Assembly: GCA_050287845.1 (NCBI GenBank)
Contig: JBNKCR010000017.1
Location: 32,001 to 96,000, forward strand
Direction of reading: 5' to 3'
DNA from: Polyangia bacterium
GTDB taxonomy: Bacteria > Myxococcota_A > Polyangia > JAAYKL01
Length of the DNA stretch: 64,000 bases
Shown here: piece by piece, positions 9,840-20,653 of the stretch
How positions within the stretch are numbered: the stretch's first letter is position 1
Layout of the letters: every line of letters begins with the position of its first letter
Program-made: the position numbers and the translations under genes
Notes under the pieces: model-generated
Told to the model about the DNA's origin: nothing
Database searches by the model: none
The model's input: only the letters and a program-made list of their open reading frames with translations

Positions 9840-12116
9840 ATGGAAGACAGAGTCAATCAAATCAAACAGGCATTTGACACATTGCATGTCTCTGCTGAAA
9901 TAAAGCGGCAAGCCCTTGCCAGTGTTGAAAGGTGGCTAACGATGCCGGATTATGCACCGTACCATCCCTATATCCATCATCTGGTGGATGCGGAAAAATG
10001 GGAACTGTTGCTGGACAGTTTCTGGCAAATGATGCCGTTCGGCACAGGTGGAAGGCGGGGTCCGGTTGGTGCGGGCCCGAATCGAATTAATCCGTATACC
10101 ATCAGCCTGTCTGTCCAGGGGCATTGCAACTACCTGAAAGAAGTGATGGGGGGAGCGGGAGAACTGAGTGTGGTGGTGGCTCACGATGTCAGACAATTTC
10201 TGGATGTGCGGGGGATTTATAAAGGGTTGACGGGGGTGCTCACAGGGATGACTTCATTGGATTTGGCCCGTGTATCCGCTACGACGTATGCTGCGAATGG
10301 CATTAAAGCACTGGTGGTTGGGCCCTTGAAAGATGGCGAACAGACTCAAAAATGCACAGAAACCTATATCTCGACCCCGGAGTTATCATTTATGATTCGG
10401 TACTATGGGGCAGTTGGCGGATTGAATATTTCTGCGTCCCACAACCATCCGGATGATAATGGCGGTAAGTTTTATAATCGATATGGCGGGCAGGAAATTC
10501 CCCCGGATGATGAAGTGCTGCTTCAGATGGTGGAGCAGGTCCGGGAGGTAAAAACGATGGCATACACCGATGCGGTGGAAAGTGGCTATATCGAATTTGT
10601 ATCTCAAAAGGCACACAAGGAATATGTGGCACTGAATACCGCACTGGTTCACACCGAATCCAGATCAGCGAAAATCGCCTATACGCCGCTGTGTGGCACA
10701 GGAATGACTACCGTGTATGAGACGCTGAATACGCTTGGTTTCGACGTGGTAAAGGTGGCGGAGCAATCCATGTACGACGGATCGTTTAAAAGTGTCCGAT
10801 ATCGGATTGGCAATCCCGAGGTACCTGATTCAATGGATTTGCTAGAAAAGACCGCGGTAATGGAAGACTGCGATGTGGGTTTTGCCACCGACCCGGACGC
10901 GGATCGGCTGGGAATGATTGCCCGGGACGCGGACGGAAGCTGGGAATTTATCAATGGTCACGAGATTGGCGTGTTACTGATTCAATCCATTATCTCCGCG
11001 AAAAAGAAGAAGGGTGAATGGGATGACAAAGGTATCTTTGTCAATACATTGGTGACCACCAGTCTGCAGCGAACCATTGCCAGAAGCAACGGATTACAGG
11101 TGGTGGGCGACCTGATGGTCGGATGTAAGTATATCGCGGACGTGCTGCGACGTCTGGAAGACAATGGGGAGTATCCCTATCCGCCGGTGGACGGAAAAGA
11201 CCGCGTAACAGGGCACCCGGGAAACTATGTATTTGGCACGGAAGAAAGCCATGGATATCTGGTGAGTCCGGACATTCGGGACAAGGATGCCTGCGGCGCT
11301 GCAGTGCATCTGGCAGGGCTGGTCAGTGAATTGAAGAATGAGGGAAAAACCATCCGTTCGTATCTCAGAGATATTTACCGGGTGTATGGGTATCACCGAA
11401 ATGACCAGCGTTCTATGGTGATGGAAGGTATTGAGGGGTTGCACCGGATTCGAAAAATTCAGGATGTGCTGCGCAGCAATCCCCCTCACGTAATTGCCGG
11501 GATGTCCGTTATCCGGTTTACCGACAATCATGTGGTCGGGGGACCGTTGTTGAGCTCTACCGATGAAGCCAGCAGAAATGTGCTCCTGTTTGAACTGGAT
11601 GGGGGTAACGATATGGTGATACGACTGGTCGTGCGACCGTCGGGGACGGAGCCCAAAACCAAAATATATGTGGAAGTGCCATCTCCCCGGAAAATTGGTG
11701 GTACTTTAGATGATGTCTCTGAGACGATGTTGGCGACCATATCAGATGATGAGCTGGATGGGATTGTCGAAGAAACCGACAGGAGAGCCACTGCCATTTC
11801 GGATGAGTTCATTCGGTACTGCCTGGGTCCGGCGGTGCTGGGAAACACATTTCCCGCCCTGCCGAGAGAGTCGTTGTGGGTTTCCGATTTGGTGACCGTG
11901 GACAATAAAATTGCCCTGTGCACCACTATATTACCAGCGTTGCTTCTTCGAATTGAACAGGGGCAGGAGGTGGACCGATGGTTGCCGGAGCAACTGAAGA
12001 CTTTCGGTGAAGATGCCATTGGACTGGTTGCCCGGGCGGCAAAAGCATGGATTAATCGGAAGGAAAATGATAGTAACGAAAATGTTAAAACAAAAGCGTT
12101 GGCTCTTTTTAATTGA
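9840..12116 (+). CDS. Phosphoglucomutase/phosphomannomutase family protein with C-terminal extension
   Basis: FGTGGRRG, SASHNH phosphoserine loop, DPDADR metal loop, EESHG, RPSGTEPK. Confidence 0.9.
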   Translation: MEDRVNQIKQAFDTLHVSAEIKRQALASVERWLTMPDYAPYHPYIHHLVDAEKWELLLDSFWQMMPFGTGGRRGPVGAGPNRINPYTISLSVQGHCNYLKEVMGGAGELSVVVAHDVRQFLDVRGIYKGLTGVLTGMTSLDLARVSATTYAANGIKALVVGPLKDGEQTQKCTETYISTPELSFMIRYYGAVGGLNISASHNHPDDNGGKFYNRYGGQEIPPDDEVLLQMVEQVREVKTMAYTDAVESGYIEFVSQKAHKEYVALNTALVHTESRSAKIAYTPLCGTGMTTVYETLNTLGFDVVKVAEQSMYDGSFKSVRYRIGNPEVPDSMDLLEKTAVMEDCDVGFATDPDADRLGMIARDADGSWEFINGHEIGVLLIQSIISAKKKKGEWDDKGIFVNTLVTTSLQRTIARSNGLQVVGDLMVGCKYIADVLRRLEDNGEYPYPPVDGKDRVTGHPGNYVFGTEESHGYLVSPDIRDKDACGAAVHLAGLVSELKNEGKTIRSYLRDIYRVYGYHRNDQRSMVMEGIEGLHRIRKIQDVLRSNPPHVIAGMSVIRFTDNHVVGGPLLSSTDEASRNVLLFELDGGNDMVIRLVVRPSGTEPKTKIYVEVPSPRKIGGTLDDVSETMLATISDDELDGIVEETDRRATAISDEFIRYCLGPAVLGNTFPALPRESLWVSDLVTVDNKIALCTTILPALLLRIEQGQEVDRWLPEQLKTFGEDAIGLVARAAKAWINRKENDSNENVKTKALALFN

Positions 12117-12164
12117 ATCCAAAGCGTTGGGACAGTTTCAGCTGACAGAAAAGAGGTGAGCCCT

Positions 12165-12638
12165 ATGGCCGATGGTGTGAACAAAGTAATTTTAGTAGGA
12201 AATTTGGGAAAAGACCCGGAAATCAGCTATACCCAGGGGGGAACCGCCAGATGTCGATTTCCGCTGGCAACGGGCGAATCATATGCCAGTGCCACCGGTG
12301 AGCGACAGGAAAGAACAGAGTGGCACAATGTGGTGGTTTGGGGAAAACAGGGGGAAACCGTAGGTAAATTTTTAAGCAAAGGACGTCAGGTATATATCGA
12401 AGGCAGGCTGAGGACGCGCAGCTGGGATGACGAAAAGAGCGGCCAGAAAAAATACATGACCGAGGTGAATGCCCAGAAAGTGGTATTTCTCGGTGGAGGT
12501 CGTTCGGAAGGCGGGGGGACACCGTCCGCAGGTGGTGGCGCTCCATCGGGTGGATTCAGTGGTCCATCCGATAAGTTCGGCGGTGGTGGTTACGACGGGC
12601 CACCCAGCTTCGGTGATGATGACGATATACCGTTCTGA
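12165..12638 (+). CDS. ssb: Single-stranded DNA-binding protein
   Basis: [19 protein letters not shown], Gly-rich linker, DDDIPF tail. Confidence 0.97.
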   Translation: MADGVNKVILVGNLGKDPEISYTQGGTARCRFPLATGESYASATGERQERTEWHNVVVWGKQGETVGKFLSKGRQVYIEGRLRTRSWDDEKSGQKKYMTEVNAQKVVFLGGGRSEGGGTPSAGGGAPSGGFSGPSDKFGGGGYDGPPSFGDDDDIPF

Positions 12639-13438
12639 TGAATCATATATATAAAACCCTTCTCAAATTTGCATTTCTTTTAATCACTGTTGTTCCACTG
12701 GTTGCATATGGATATGGAACCCTTAAGGACGTTCGGTATAAAATCAAGGCAGCCGATGGGAGCCGATGGAACCATCTGCTCGGCCGGGGAAACATCGTTC
12801 GTGGTACCGAAGTGCCGAATAAAATTACATTCACCTTTGATGATGGTCCGGATCATCGGACAACTCCCATATTGTTGAATGAGCTCGATAAGTATCATGT
12901 GAAAGGCACTTTTTTCATTAATGGACATCGATTTCATCATCGAACCGCTGGGGGGGAAGAAAACAAGGCAGTGCTCAGAGACGTGATTCGCAGGGGTCAT
13001 TTTATCGGAAATCACACGTTCTCCCACAAAGATGTGACCGCCATGGATGAAGAGACCTGGAAAAGAGAAGTGCACCAGGTGTCGTGGCTGGTATCGGAGA
13101 TGTCGGGAAAGCAGCTGAATCTGTTTCGCCCTCCCTTTGGACGATTGAATCAGACCAATCTGCAGAGTCTTTCAGCCCAGGGATATACCGTGGTCATGTG
13201 GAATCTGGATCCCCTCGATTGGCAGGCATCCACAGCCCGGGAATTGTTGCGTCGGAGCAAACGGGTGATTGAGGAGAATCCGGAGGGTGGGGTATTTCTT
13301 TTACATGACACCAACCGGAATACGGCAGAAGCGTTTCCTCTGATTATGGAATGGATTATGGAACGGAACGCGGAACTTGCAGCGTTGGGTAAACCAGTTC
13401 TGGAAGTGGTGGGGATAGACAGATTTATCAGCAACTGA
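12638..13438 (+). CDS. Polysaccharide/peptidoglycan deacetylase (CE4, NodB-like)
   Basis: TFDDGP, NHTFSH, FRPPFG, DPLDW, LLHD, N-terminal hydrophobic segment. Overlaps the ssb stop (TGATG). Confidence 0.9.
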   Translation: MNHIYKTLLKFAFLLITVVPLVAYGYGTLKDVRYKIKAADGSRWNHLLGRGNIVRGTEVPNKITFTFDDGPDHRTTPILLNELDKYHVKGTFFINGHRFHHRTAGGEENKAVLRDVIRRGHFIGNHTFSHKDVTAMDEETWKREVHQVSWLVSEMSGKQLNLFRPPFGRLNQTNLQSLSAQGYTVVMWNLDPLDWQASTARELLRRSKRVIEENPEGGVFLLHDTNRNTAEAFPLIMEWIMERNAELAALGKPVLEVVGIDRFISN

Positions 13439-13537
13439 TTGAGAAATGATCAAGGGACGACGATGCTTCCGGGATGCGCCGATTGAAAAGGCATTCTGAA
13501 TAACACCAGGCACTTGCCTTTGGTTGTCAGGCAGTGC

Positions 13538-13565
13538 TTGACCCCTTTTTTAGTGAGCGTATCTT
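13538..13565 (+). promoter_or_regulatory. Possible sigma70-type promoter of clpB
   Basis: TTGACC-N16-TATCTT about 25 nt upstream of the start codon. Confidence 0.35.
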
Positions 13566-13589
13566 GTAGGCGAAAGTGAAGGGAAAAAG

Positions 13590-16157
13590 ATGAGACTGGA
13601 TAAGCTAACTGTAAAATCAAGAGAAGCGTTGGCGGAAGCCGACGCGATTGCCCGAAAAATATCTCACCAGGAAATTACGGATTTGCACATGCTGGCGGCG
13701 ATGGTGGATCAGAGCGAAGGGATGGTCAATCCAATTTTGACCCGATTGGGGGTCCCTGCTGAAATGCTCCGTGTCGCCATACAGAAAGAATTTGACAAGA
13801 TACCAAAAGTATCTGGAGTAGATTCATTTCTGGGCGTCAGCCTGAAAAATCTGATAGATGCAGCGCAGGCGCTGGCAGATAGCCTGAAAGATGAGTATGT
13901 GTCTACGGAGCACTTTCTGTTGGGGATGGTAAAGGGATCGGGATTTGTTTCGGGGAAGGTGCTGAAGTCACTGGGTATCAATGATGATACATTGAGAACC
14001 GTATTAAAAGAGATACGGGGAAACCAGCGGGTGGTGGACGAGGATCCGGAATCGAAATTTCAGGCGCTTGAAAAATACACCATTGATTTGACCGCTCTGG
14101 CGCGGCAGGGAAAGCTGGATCCGGTAATCGGCCGCGATGAAGAAGTTCGACGAACATTGCAGGTATTGTCCCGTAGGACAAAGAATAATCCGGTGTTGAT
14201 TGGCGAACCCGGGGTGGGTAAGACTGCCATTGTGGATGGTATTGCACAGCGAGTGGTAAACGGTGATGTGCCGGAGAGTCTGAAAGATAAGTTTGTGTTG
14301 ACCCTGGATATGGGATCCCTGGTGGCGGGTGCAAAGTTCAGAGGCGAATTTGAAGAGCGGTTGAAGGCGGTGATGAAGGAAGTTCAGGGGAGGAACGGAC
14401 GCGTAATTCTGTTCATTGACGAGATGCATACGATTGTCGGCGCGGGGGCGGCGGAAGGATCTCAGGATGCAGCGAATCTGTTGAAACCGGCTCTGGCGCG
14501 GGGGGAGTTGCGCTGTATCGGGGCAACCACTCTGGATGAGTATCGCAAATATGTGGAAAAAGACAAAGCCCTGGAACGTCGGTTTCAGCCGGTAATGGTG
14601 GTGGAGCCTGGTTTGGAAGATACCATCGACATATTGCGGGGAATAAAAGAAAAGTACGAAGTGCATCACGGCATTCGTATCCAGGACAGTGCACTGGTCA
14701 CCGCGGCAACGCTGTCATCAAGATATGTGACAGACAGATTTCTCCCGGATAAAGCCATCGATCTGGTGGACGAAGCGGCAAGCCGTCTGAAAATGGAGGT
14801 GGAATCTCTGCCAACGCCCATTGATGACCTTCAGCGAAAAATTACCCGAAAGCAGATTGAGCTGCAGGCCATGAAAATGGAGGGTGATGGGGAGAGGATC
14901 GCGGAAATTGAGGAAGAATTGGTAAAGCAGAATGACGAATTGAGTTCGATGCGGGCGAAATGGACACGGCAGCGGGATTTGGTGAATACCTCCAAATCTC
15001 TCAATGAACAGATAGACGCGTTGAAAACCGAGGCGGAACTGGCGCAGCGTGAAGGGGAGTATCAGAAAGCAGCGGAAATCACATATGGAAAGATTCCGGG
15101 GTTACACAAACAACTGGAACAGATTTCGGCGGAGCTGCTTTCTGTGGACCAGGCGGATTCGTTCATTCGGGAGGAAGTGACCGATGAGGATATTGCGCTG
15201 GTAGTATCCAAATGGACCGGAATCCCGGTATCGAAGATGGTGGAAGGCGAAAAAGAACGACTGCTGAACATGGAAACGCGTATTCGGGAAAGGGTCATCG
15301 GTCAGGACAACGCCGTGAGCAAGTTGTCAAAGGCAGTACGATTGTCGAGAGCGGGGTTGAAGGATCCGAATAAACCTATCGCATCGTTTCTGTTTACCGG
15401 CCCCACCGGTGTCGGAAAGACCGAGGTTGCACGTGCGGCAGCCGAATTTCTCTTTGATGATGAATCAAATATGATTCGCATCGATATGAGTGAATACATG
15501 GAGAAACATGCGGTGGCCAGACTCATCGGGGCCCCTCCCGGATATGTGGGGTTTGATGAGGGAGGGCAGTTGACAGAAGCCGTACGGCGCAGACCATACA
15601 GTGTCATTCTGCTTGATGAGGTTGAAAAAGCTCATCCGGACGTATTCAACGTACTGTTGCAGGTGCTGGATGACGGGCGTCTTACGGATGGAAAAGGCAG
15701 GACTGTCGACTTTAAGAATACGATTATTATTATGACCAGCAATATTGGCTCTCAATATATTCTGGAATCTGATAATGCCAGTGATGTGGAAAACCATATC
15801 ATGGGATCCCTGAAGACGGTTTTTCGACCGGAGTTCATCAACCGGGTGGATGGGATACTGATTTTCAACAGATTGGAACGGCGCGATTTGAAACAGATTT
15901 GCAATATTCAATTGCGCAACGTGGCCAGGTTGCTGGACTCCAGGGGATTGCGTCTGTCGTATACAGATGGGGTTCTGGAATGGTTGTCTCAAAAAGGATA
16001 CGATAATGCATTTGGTGCCAGACCGCTTAAACGGGTGATTCAGGAAAATGTCCTGGAGGGTATCTCAGAAAAAATTATTGCCGGGGAGGTCACCACCAAC
16101 CAGATCATTCAAATTGATGCGATTGATGATGCACTTCAGATAATAGTTCGCGGATGA
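13590..16157 (+). CDS. clpB: ATP-dependent disaggregase ClpB
   Basis: Two AAA+ modules ([16 protein letters not shown]), coiled-coil middle domain, [11 protein letters not shown]. Confidence 0.97.
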   Translation: MRLDKLTVKSREALAEADAIARKISHQEITDLHMLAAMVDQSEGMVNPILTRLGVPAEMLRVAIQKEFDKIPKVSGVDSFLGVSLKNLIDAAQALADSLKDEYVSTEHFLLGMVKGSGFVSGKVLKSLGINDDTLRTVLKEIRGNQRVVDEDPESKFQALEKYTIDLTALARQGKLDPVIGRDEEVRRTLQVLSRRTKNNPVLIGEPGVGKTAIVDGIAQRVVNGDVPESLKDKFVLTLDMGSLVAGAKFRGEFEERLKAVMKEVQGRNGRVILFIDEMHTIVGAGAAEGSQDAANLLKPALARGELRCIGATTLDEYRKYVEKDKALERRFQPVMVVEPGLEDTIDILRGIKEKYEVHHGIRIQDSALVTAATLSSRYVTDRFLPDKAIDLVDEAASRLKMEVESLPTPIDDLQRKITRKQIELQAMKMEGDGERIAEIEEELVKQNDELSSMRAKWTRQRDLVNTSKSLNEQIDALKTEAELAQREGEYQKAAEITYGKIPGLHKQLEQISAELLSVDQADSFIREEVTDEDIALVVSKWTGIPVSKMVEGEKERLLNMETRIRERVIGQDNAVSKLSKAVRLSRAGLKDPNKPIASFLFTGPTGVGKTEVARAAAEFLFDDESNMIRIDMSEYMEKHAVARLIGAPPGYVGFDEGGQLTEAVRRRPYSVILLDEVEKAHPDVFNVLLQVLDDGRLTDGKGRTVDFKNTIIIMTSNIGSQYILESDNASDVENHIMGSLKTVFRPEFINRVDGILIFNRLERRDLKQICNIQLRNVARLLDSRGLRLSYTDGVLEWLSQKGYDNAFGARPLKRVIQENVLEGISEKIIAGEVTTNQIIQIDAIDDALQIIVRG

Positions 16158-16395
16158 ATTATTTTTGTATCTAAATATAATTATATTGATACACGAGATA
16201 TACGTAGTTAACCTGCAATTTTGTACAGCTTGTCTGATAAATGATACAGGTGCTTTTCAGCGTTTCAAAATAAACTTCGTCAAATATATAATTATATGAG
16301 ATCTATCTATATGATTTTATTGTATTAATTACCTACAATATTCACAAATAAATTGCGGTGTTTTTTGAGGAGATAAGTGAGAAAGATGACGGATT

Positions 16396-16887
16396 TCAGG
16401 TGAAAAACAATAATTTGGTTATTGGTATTTGTAGCGCTGTTGATACCTTGAGAAGAGTGGACAGATTGGGAAGGCTCAGACCCTTTTCCAGACGTGCGAT
16501 GTTGGGGCGTCGAATACCGGTTTCTTTGGCCAGGTCGTTTTGGGTAATGCCGCGGTCAAGGCGAGCGCACCGGATGCGTTGACCGATGAGTTCCCCGAAA
16601 TTTTCCGGATACGTTAGTGGCTCGGCGTCGGTGTTGTTGATTGCGTCCAGTTTGTCTGGTGCAGACCCGATACTGTCTTCCATTGAGGCTGCAACGTTTT
16701 CCCTGGTCCTGGTGACTGATTTGTATACTGTTTCAGTGTACCGGTGAAAAAAATCGATCGGTGGCGGGGCTACGGAAACCGTGTGCCGCGAAAAGAACAG
16801 TTCATCAAGGACGCCTTCAGCCAGTCGAATCTGCTGGATAATCCCGGCAGCTTTCTCGAGTCTGGTTTGAATCTCAATTTGATTCAT
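16396..16887 (-). CDS. XRE-family HTH regulator (C-terminal HTH, uncharacterised N-terminus)
   Basis: IGQRIRCARLDRGITQNDLAKETGIRRPNIARLEKG..PNLSTLLKVSTAL. ATG 16887 lies just after the upstream ORF stop. Confidence 0.8.
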   Translation of the reverse strand: MNQIEIQTRLEKAAGIIQQIRLAEGVLDELFFSRHTVSVAPPPIDFFHRYTETVYKSVTRTRENVAASMEDSIGSAPDKLDAINNTDAEPLTYPENFGELIGQRIRCARLDRGITQNDLAKETGIRRPNIARLEKGLSLPNLSTLLKVSTALQIPITKLLFFT

Positions 16888-16891
16888 GGTT

Positions 16892-17182
16892 TCAGTCTCC
16901 GGTACTGCTGAGGTCGTCCAATTGGTCCCGCAGCCATACAAGCTCATCACAAAGTGCAGCATTGGATCGCTTTAACAATGCATACCTGTCTTTGAGTAAC
17001 TCATATTTCTGTCGGGTTGTTGTGAATTGCTCCTCAAGCTGCTCCACGACCAGGGCAAATCGCTTACTGGTGGATGGGTCGCTCTGCGCTTCATTTTTCA
17101 GGCTTACCAGCCGACTAATCACCATGGACAGGGTTTCTATTCCCATGGGATCGCTTTGGGATGTTGGGGTTATATTTTCCAT
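16892..17182 (-). CDS. Small coiled-coil hypothetical protein
   Basis: 96-aa ORF with heptad pattern, ending 4 nt before the XRE gene start. Confidence 0.55.
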   Translation of the reverse strand: MENITPTSQSDPMGIETLSMVISRLVSLKNEAQSDPSTSKRFALVVEQLEEQFTTTRQKYELLKDRYALLKRSNAALCDELVWLRDQLDDLSSTGD

Positions 17183-17287
17183 GGGGCTATTGTATCGGAC
17201 AAGATACCTGTGGTCAAATTCTGGTATAAATGGTTGACTTATTCCAGAAGAACGATTCGATTGAACACGTGCAATGTATGGGTCGAT

Positions 17288-18922
17288 ATGAGGAAAAAGA
17301 AATTGTCGGAATGTATTTTATCTTTGCTGTGGCGTCGACCGTGTCGGGTGGCTTCGCTTTTGGCGATCTTTCTTTTTTCCGGATGTTGCCCGGGTTCGAC
17401 CAACCCGGTGGCGGCGAATCCGTCCAATGCCGTGAGTCCGTCCAATGGGGTTTCGATTTCGGCGGAGCATACCGAACCGGGAAGCCACGCGGATACCGTT
17501 GGGACCGGTTCCCACCACTATTATTTTCGCAATATTTCCGAGGTAGACCATTCACCACGGATTACCCTTACCCGACCGGAAGCGGAACGGAACGTGTTGC
17601 TGATTGTTGTGGATGCGTTGAATGCCGGCCATATCGGCGTGTATGGGTATGAACGCAATACCACACCGTACATGGACGCCATTGCAGCAGATGGGATTGT
17701 ACTGACCGACTGGATCAGCAATTCGTCCTGGACGCGGCCGTCATTCACAACAATGGTTACAGGTGTACCCAAGTCAATCCACGGTATGGAATTGTCGGAG
17801 CGAAAGCTATCAAAAAAAATCCAGACACTTCCGAAAAAATTCAAACATGCACAATACGCAACCGCCGGGTTTATCGGTAATCCACTTATTCAGAAAAAGT
17901 GGGGTTACCATAATGGGTTTGATGTATTCCGCGACGCCACGGTCTATGGGGATTTTCCCGATGCCGAAACCATTGTGACCGATGCCATTGAATGGTTGAA
18001 TAAGGTGAAGACCACCCGCTTTTTCGGCGTGCTGTTTCTGGCCGATCCCCACGCTCCATATGCAGCGCCAAAGGCCGCCCGGCGGTTTTCGGCGGATTTA
18101 TCAGACGATATGGCGATGCCGGAACGGGAAACCGAAAAGCCCCTGCCCGAAGATGTGATCGCGAAGATCGTGGCCGCCTACGATGATGAGGTCCGTTACG
18201 CGGATGCGCAGATTGGTCGATTGATGGAGTGGCTGAAAAAAAATGAGTTGTTTGATTCCACGGTGATAGTAGTGACTGCGGACCATGGGGAAATTTTTGG
18301 AGCGCATCAGTGCTACCAGCATGCGTATCATATGTGGGAGCCGGTATTGCGCGTACCGTTCATTGTGCACAGCAGTGATGTGGCCCAGCGGGGTTTTTTT
18401 CAACTGGCGGCCACCCATATGGACCTGATGCCGACGTTGCTGGACCTGGCGGGGATAAAAAACAGGTCTGCATATGGGGTATCGATTTTTTCGGATAGGC
18501 GACTCCAGGAAACGGACGCTGGGTTCACGACTCACAATTTTTCGGATACACGGCCCATTTACAGCGCATACGATGCGCGAGGGGTACGGCGTCAGGCGGC
18601 ACGGCTGGGCACGCTGAAACTGATTCGTTATGAAAAAATAAAAAGCCACGTGTTCACCACCCGGGATGCTACCGGGCAGGCGTTGGAAACGAATCCGTCT
18701 CTCAGGATTCCAGGACCCAGATACGAGTTGTTTGATCTGGAAAAGGATCCCCTGGAACAGGTGAATATCATTGCCACCACCGATCGGGATGCAAAACTTG
18801 AAATTCTGAAAAAAGCGGTTCAGTACCGAAAACCGGCCTGGAAAAAGGCGGGTGAAAAAAAGCGGATTCAGCTGGACAGCGATACACTGGATGCGTTGCG
18901 GGCAGCGGGCTATATCGAATAG
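17288..18922 (+). CDS. Sulfatase/alkaline-phosphatase superfamily lipoprotein
   Basis: NVLLIVVDAL, SSWTRPS, DPHAPY, YDDEV, TADHGE, ELFDLEKDPLEQ, lipobox-like FSGC. Start taken at ATG 17288. Confidence 0.85.
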   Translation: MRKKKLSECILSLLWRRPCRVASLLAIFLFSGCCPGSTNPVAANPSNAVSPSNGVSISAEHTEPGSHADTVGTGSHHYYFRNISEVDHSPRITLTRPEAERNVLLIVVDALNAGHIGVYGYERNTTPYMDAIAADGIVLTDWISNSSWTRPSFTTMVTGVPKSIHGMELSERKLSKKIQTLPKKFKHAQYATAGFIGNPLIQKKWGYHNGFDVFRDATVYGDFPDAETIVTDAIEWLNKVKTTRFFGVLFLADPHAPYAAPKAARRFSADLSDDMAMPERETEKPLPEDVIAKIVAAYDDEVRYADAQIGRLMEWLKKNELFDSTVIVVTADHGEIFGAHQCYQHAYHMWEPVLRVPFIVHSSDVAQRGFFQLAATHMDLMPTLLDLAGIKNRSAYGVSIFSDRRLQETDAGFTTHNFSDTRPIYSAYDARGVRRQAARLGTLKLIRYEKIKSHVFTTRDATGQALETNPSLRIPGPRYELFDLEKDPLEQVNIIATTDRDAKLEILKKAVQYRKPAWKKAGEKKRIQLDSDTLDALRAAGYIE

Positions 18923-18988
18923 TCAACAGAAGATGCCAACTGAAGCCGTGAAAGAAATATTTGTGGACAGTAGATGGCGGATACCGGA

Positions 18989-20428
18989 CTATTTGCACAG
19001 TTCCCTGGCCAATTGGACAATGGTGGCAATGCCAAATCCTTTGGCGCCTTTTCCGAGGTGATCCAGGGGGTCGGCTTTGCAGCCGGGTCCGGCGATGTCC
19101 ATGTGAATCCAGTTGGTGGCATCTGTGATAAATCGTTTCAGGAAGAGGGCGGCGGTGATGGAACCGCCCCAGGATCCGCCGATATTTTTCATGTCCGCGA
19201 TGGTGGAGCGAAGTTGCTCATCGTATCCGGGATGAAGGGGCATTGGCCAGATATCTTCACCGGCAATCCCGGCGGAACGGGTGAGTTGTTTTATGAATCG
19301 GGTATTGTCGCCATAGACCGCAGCAATGTCTTCGCCCAGAGCCACCACCGCTGCGCCGGTGAGAGTGGCGGAATCGATGAGACAGTCCGGCTGCTGTTCG
19401 CAGGCGATGGTTAATGCGTCAGAAAGAATGATGCGACCTTCTGCATCGGTATTGTGAACTTCAACGGTCTGCCCGCTGCGGGTAGTGATGACGTCTGAAA
19501 CATTGTAGGCTGTCTGGCTGATGGCGTTGTGCGCAAGGGGCAACAGGGTGGTGATGCGAATCGGGAGTTTAAGCGCGGCAATGGCACAGGTCGCGCCAAA
19601 CATCATGGCGGCGCCCCCCATGTCAAATTTCATCTCGGTCATGCTTTTCGATGGCTTGAGGCTGTAGCCGCCAGAATCGAAGGTAACGCCTTTGCCCACC
19701 AGCGCGAGATGTATTTTTGCCCGGGCGGGTGTGTACCTGGCGGTGACCAGCCGGGGTTTGTGTATACTGCCGGATCCCACTGCCAGAATGCCGCCGCATC
19801 TTTCTTTGGTGAGTCGCTTTTCGTCCCAGACCGAAACTTTCAGTCCATAGGATTTGCCGGTCATGGCATACAGACTGGCAAGGGATACGGGATGAATGGC
19901 CACGGGAGGCTCGTTCAGGGTGTCCCGTGCAAAGTTGATGCACTCGGCAACCGTGCGCATTTCGGTGAAGAAAGATTTGGACAAATCGGTGTGCAGCACC
20001 ACTGATAGCGCAGTCTGTTTGTTGGACAGATATTTATCAAAGACATAGCCACCGGTCAGGGCGCCATACCCCACAGCCGAACACAGCTCCGGATATTTCT
20101 CATCGACCGCAACGACCACGCGCCGCAGCCCCATGGACTGACATTGAGACAGGGCCCTGGATACCGCCGAACGCAATTGGCGAAATGGCGGAATATGCGC
20201 TTTGTCAAGGCGGCAGACTGCCACGGCAACCTGGCGTCGCGAATCCGATGTCAATGAAACCAGTTCAAATTTTCCTTTTTTATCGGGAATGGGTATATTG
20301 GCCAGTTCGGCGGGGACCTGGTCCGGACTGTACGCGGGTTTTTTTTTGTTCATCCAGGGCAGCAGAACCAAATCCCCCGGCGCCGATACCAGCGTATGTT
20401 TTCTGGTCAAGAAAGAAGCAGTTGTCAT
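18989..20428 (-). CDS. pepA: Leucyl aminopeptidase (M17)
   Basis: GKGVTFDSGG, MKFDMGG, NTDAEGR, ATLTGA, HMDIAG. Confidence 0.93.
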   Translation of the reverse strand: MTTASFLTRKHTLVSAPGDLVLLPWMNKKKPAYSPDQVPAELANIPIPDKKGKFELVSLTSDSRRQVAVAVCRLDKAHIPPFRQLRSAVSRALSQCQSMGLRRVVVAVDEKYPELCSAVGYGALTGGYVFDKYLSNKQTALSVVLHTDLSKSFFTEMRTVAECINFARDTLNEPPVAIHPVSLASLYAMTGKSYGLKVSVWDEKRLTKERCGGILAVGSGSIHKPRLVTARYTPARAKIHLALVGKGVTFDSGGYSLKPSKSMTEMKFDMGGAAMMFGATCAIAALKLPIRITTLLPLAHNAISQTAYNVSDVITTRSGQTVEVHNTDAEGRIILSDALTIACEQQPDCLIDSATLTGAAVVALGEDIAAVYGDNTRFIKQLTRSAGIAGEDIWPMPLHPGYDEQLRSTIADMKNIGGSWGGSITAALFLKRFITDATNWIHMDIAGPGCKADPLDHLGKGAKGFGIATIVQLARELCK

Positions 20429-20653
20429 GATTGTTCCTCCAGCACGTTGCCTCCAGCACGTTGAATGATAGTCCGGGTGAGCAAAGCATACACGAAAAAC
20501 GTCGCAGTAAATTTTTTTTTTGGGACCCTTTGCGCGGATATGCGTCTGTACCGGACACAGTGAAGGCAAATTTGTAGAAGACCAAAGAAACTGGTATGTT
20601 GCAGAAATCTTTGAACATCGGCTCACAGGCCAGGTTGGCAGTCAGGAGTAGCC

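Noticed and set aside
13508..13539. CIRCE (HrcA) element upstream of clpB
   Set aside because: GCACT...AGTGC arms are present, but spacing and flanks do not fit TTAGCACTC-N9-GAGTGCTAA. It is more likely an imperfect hairpin.
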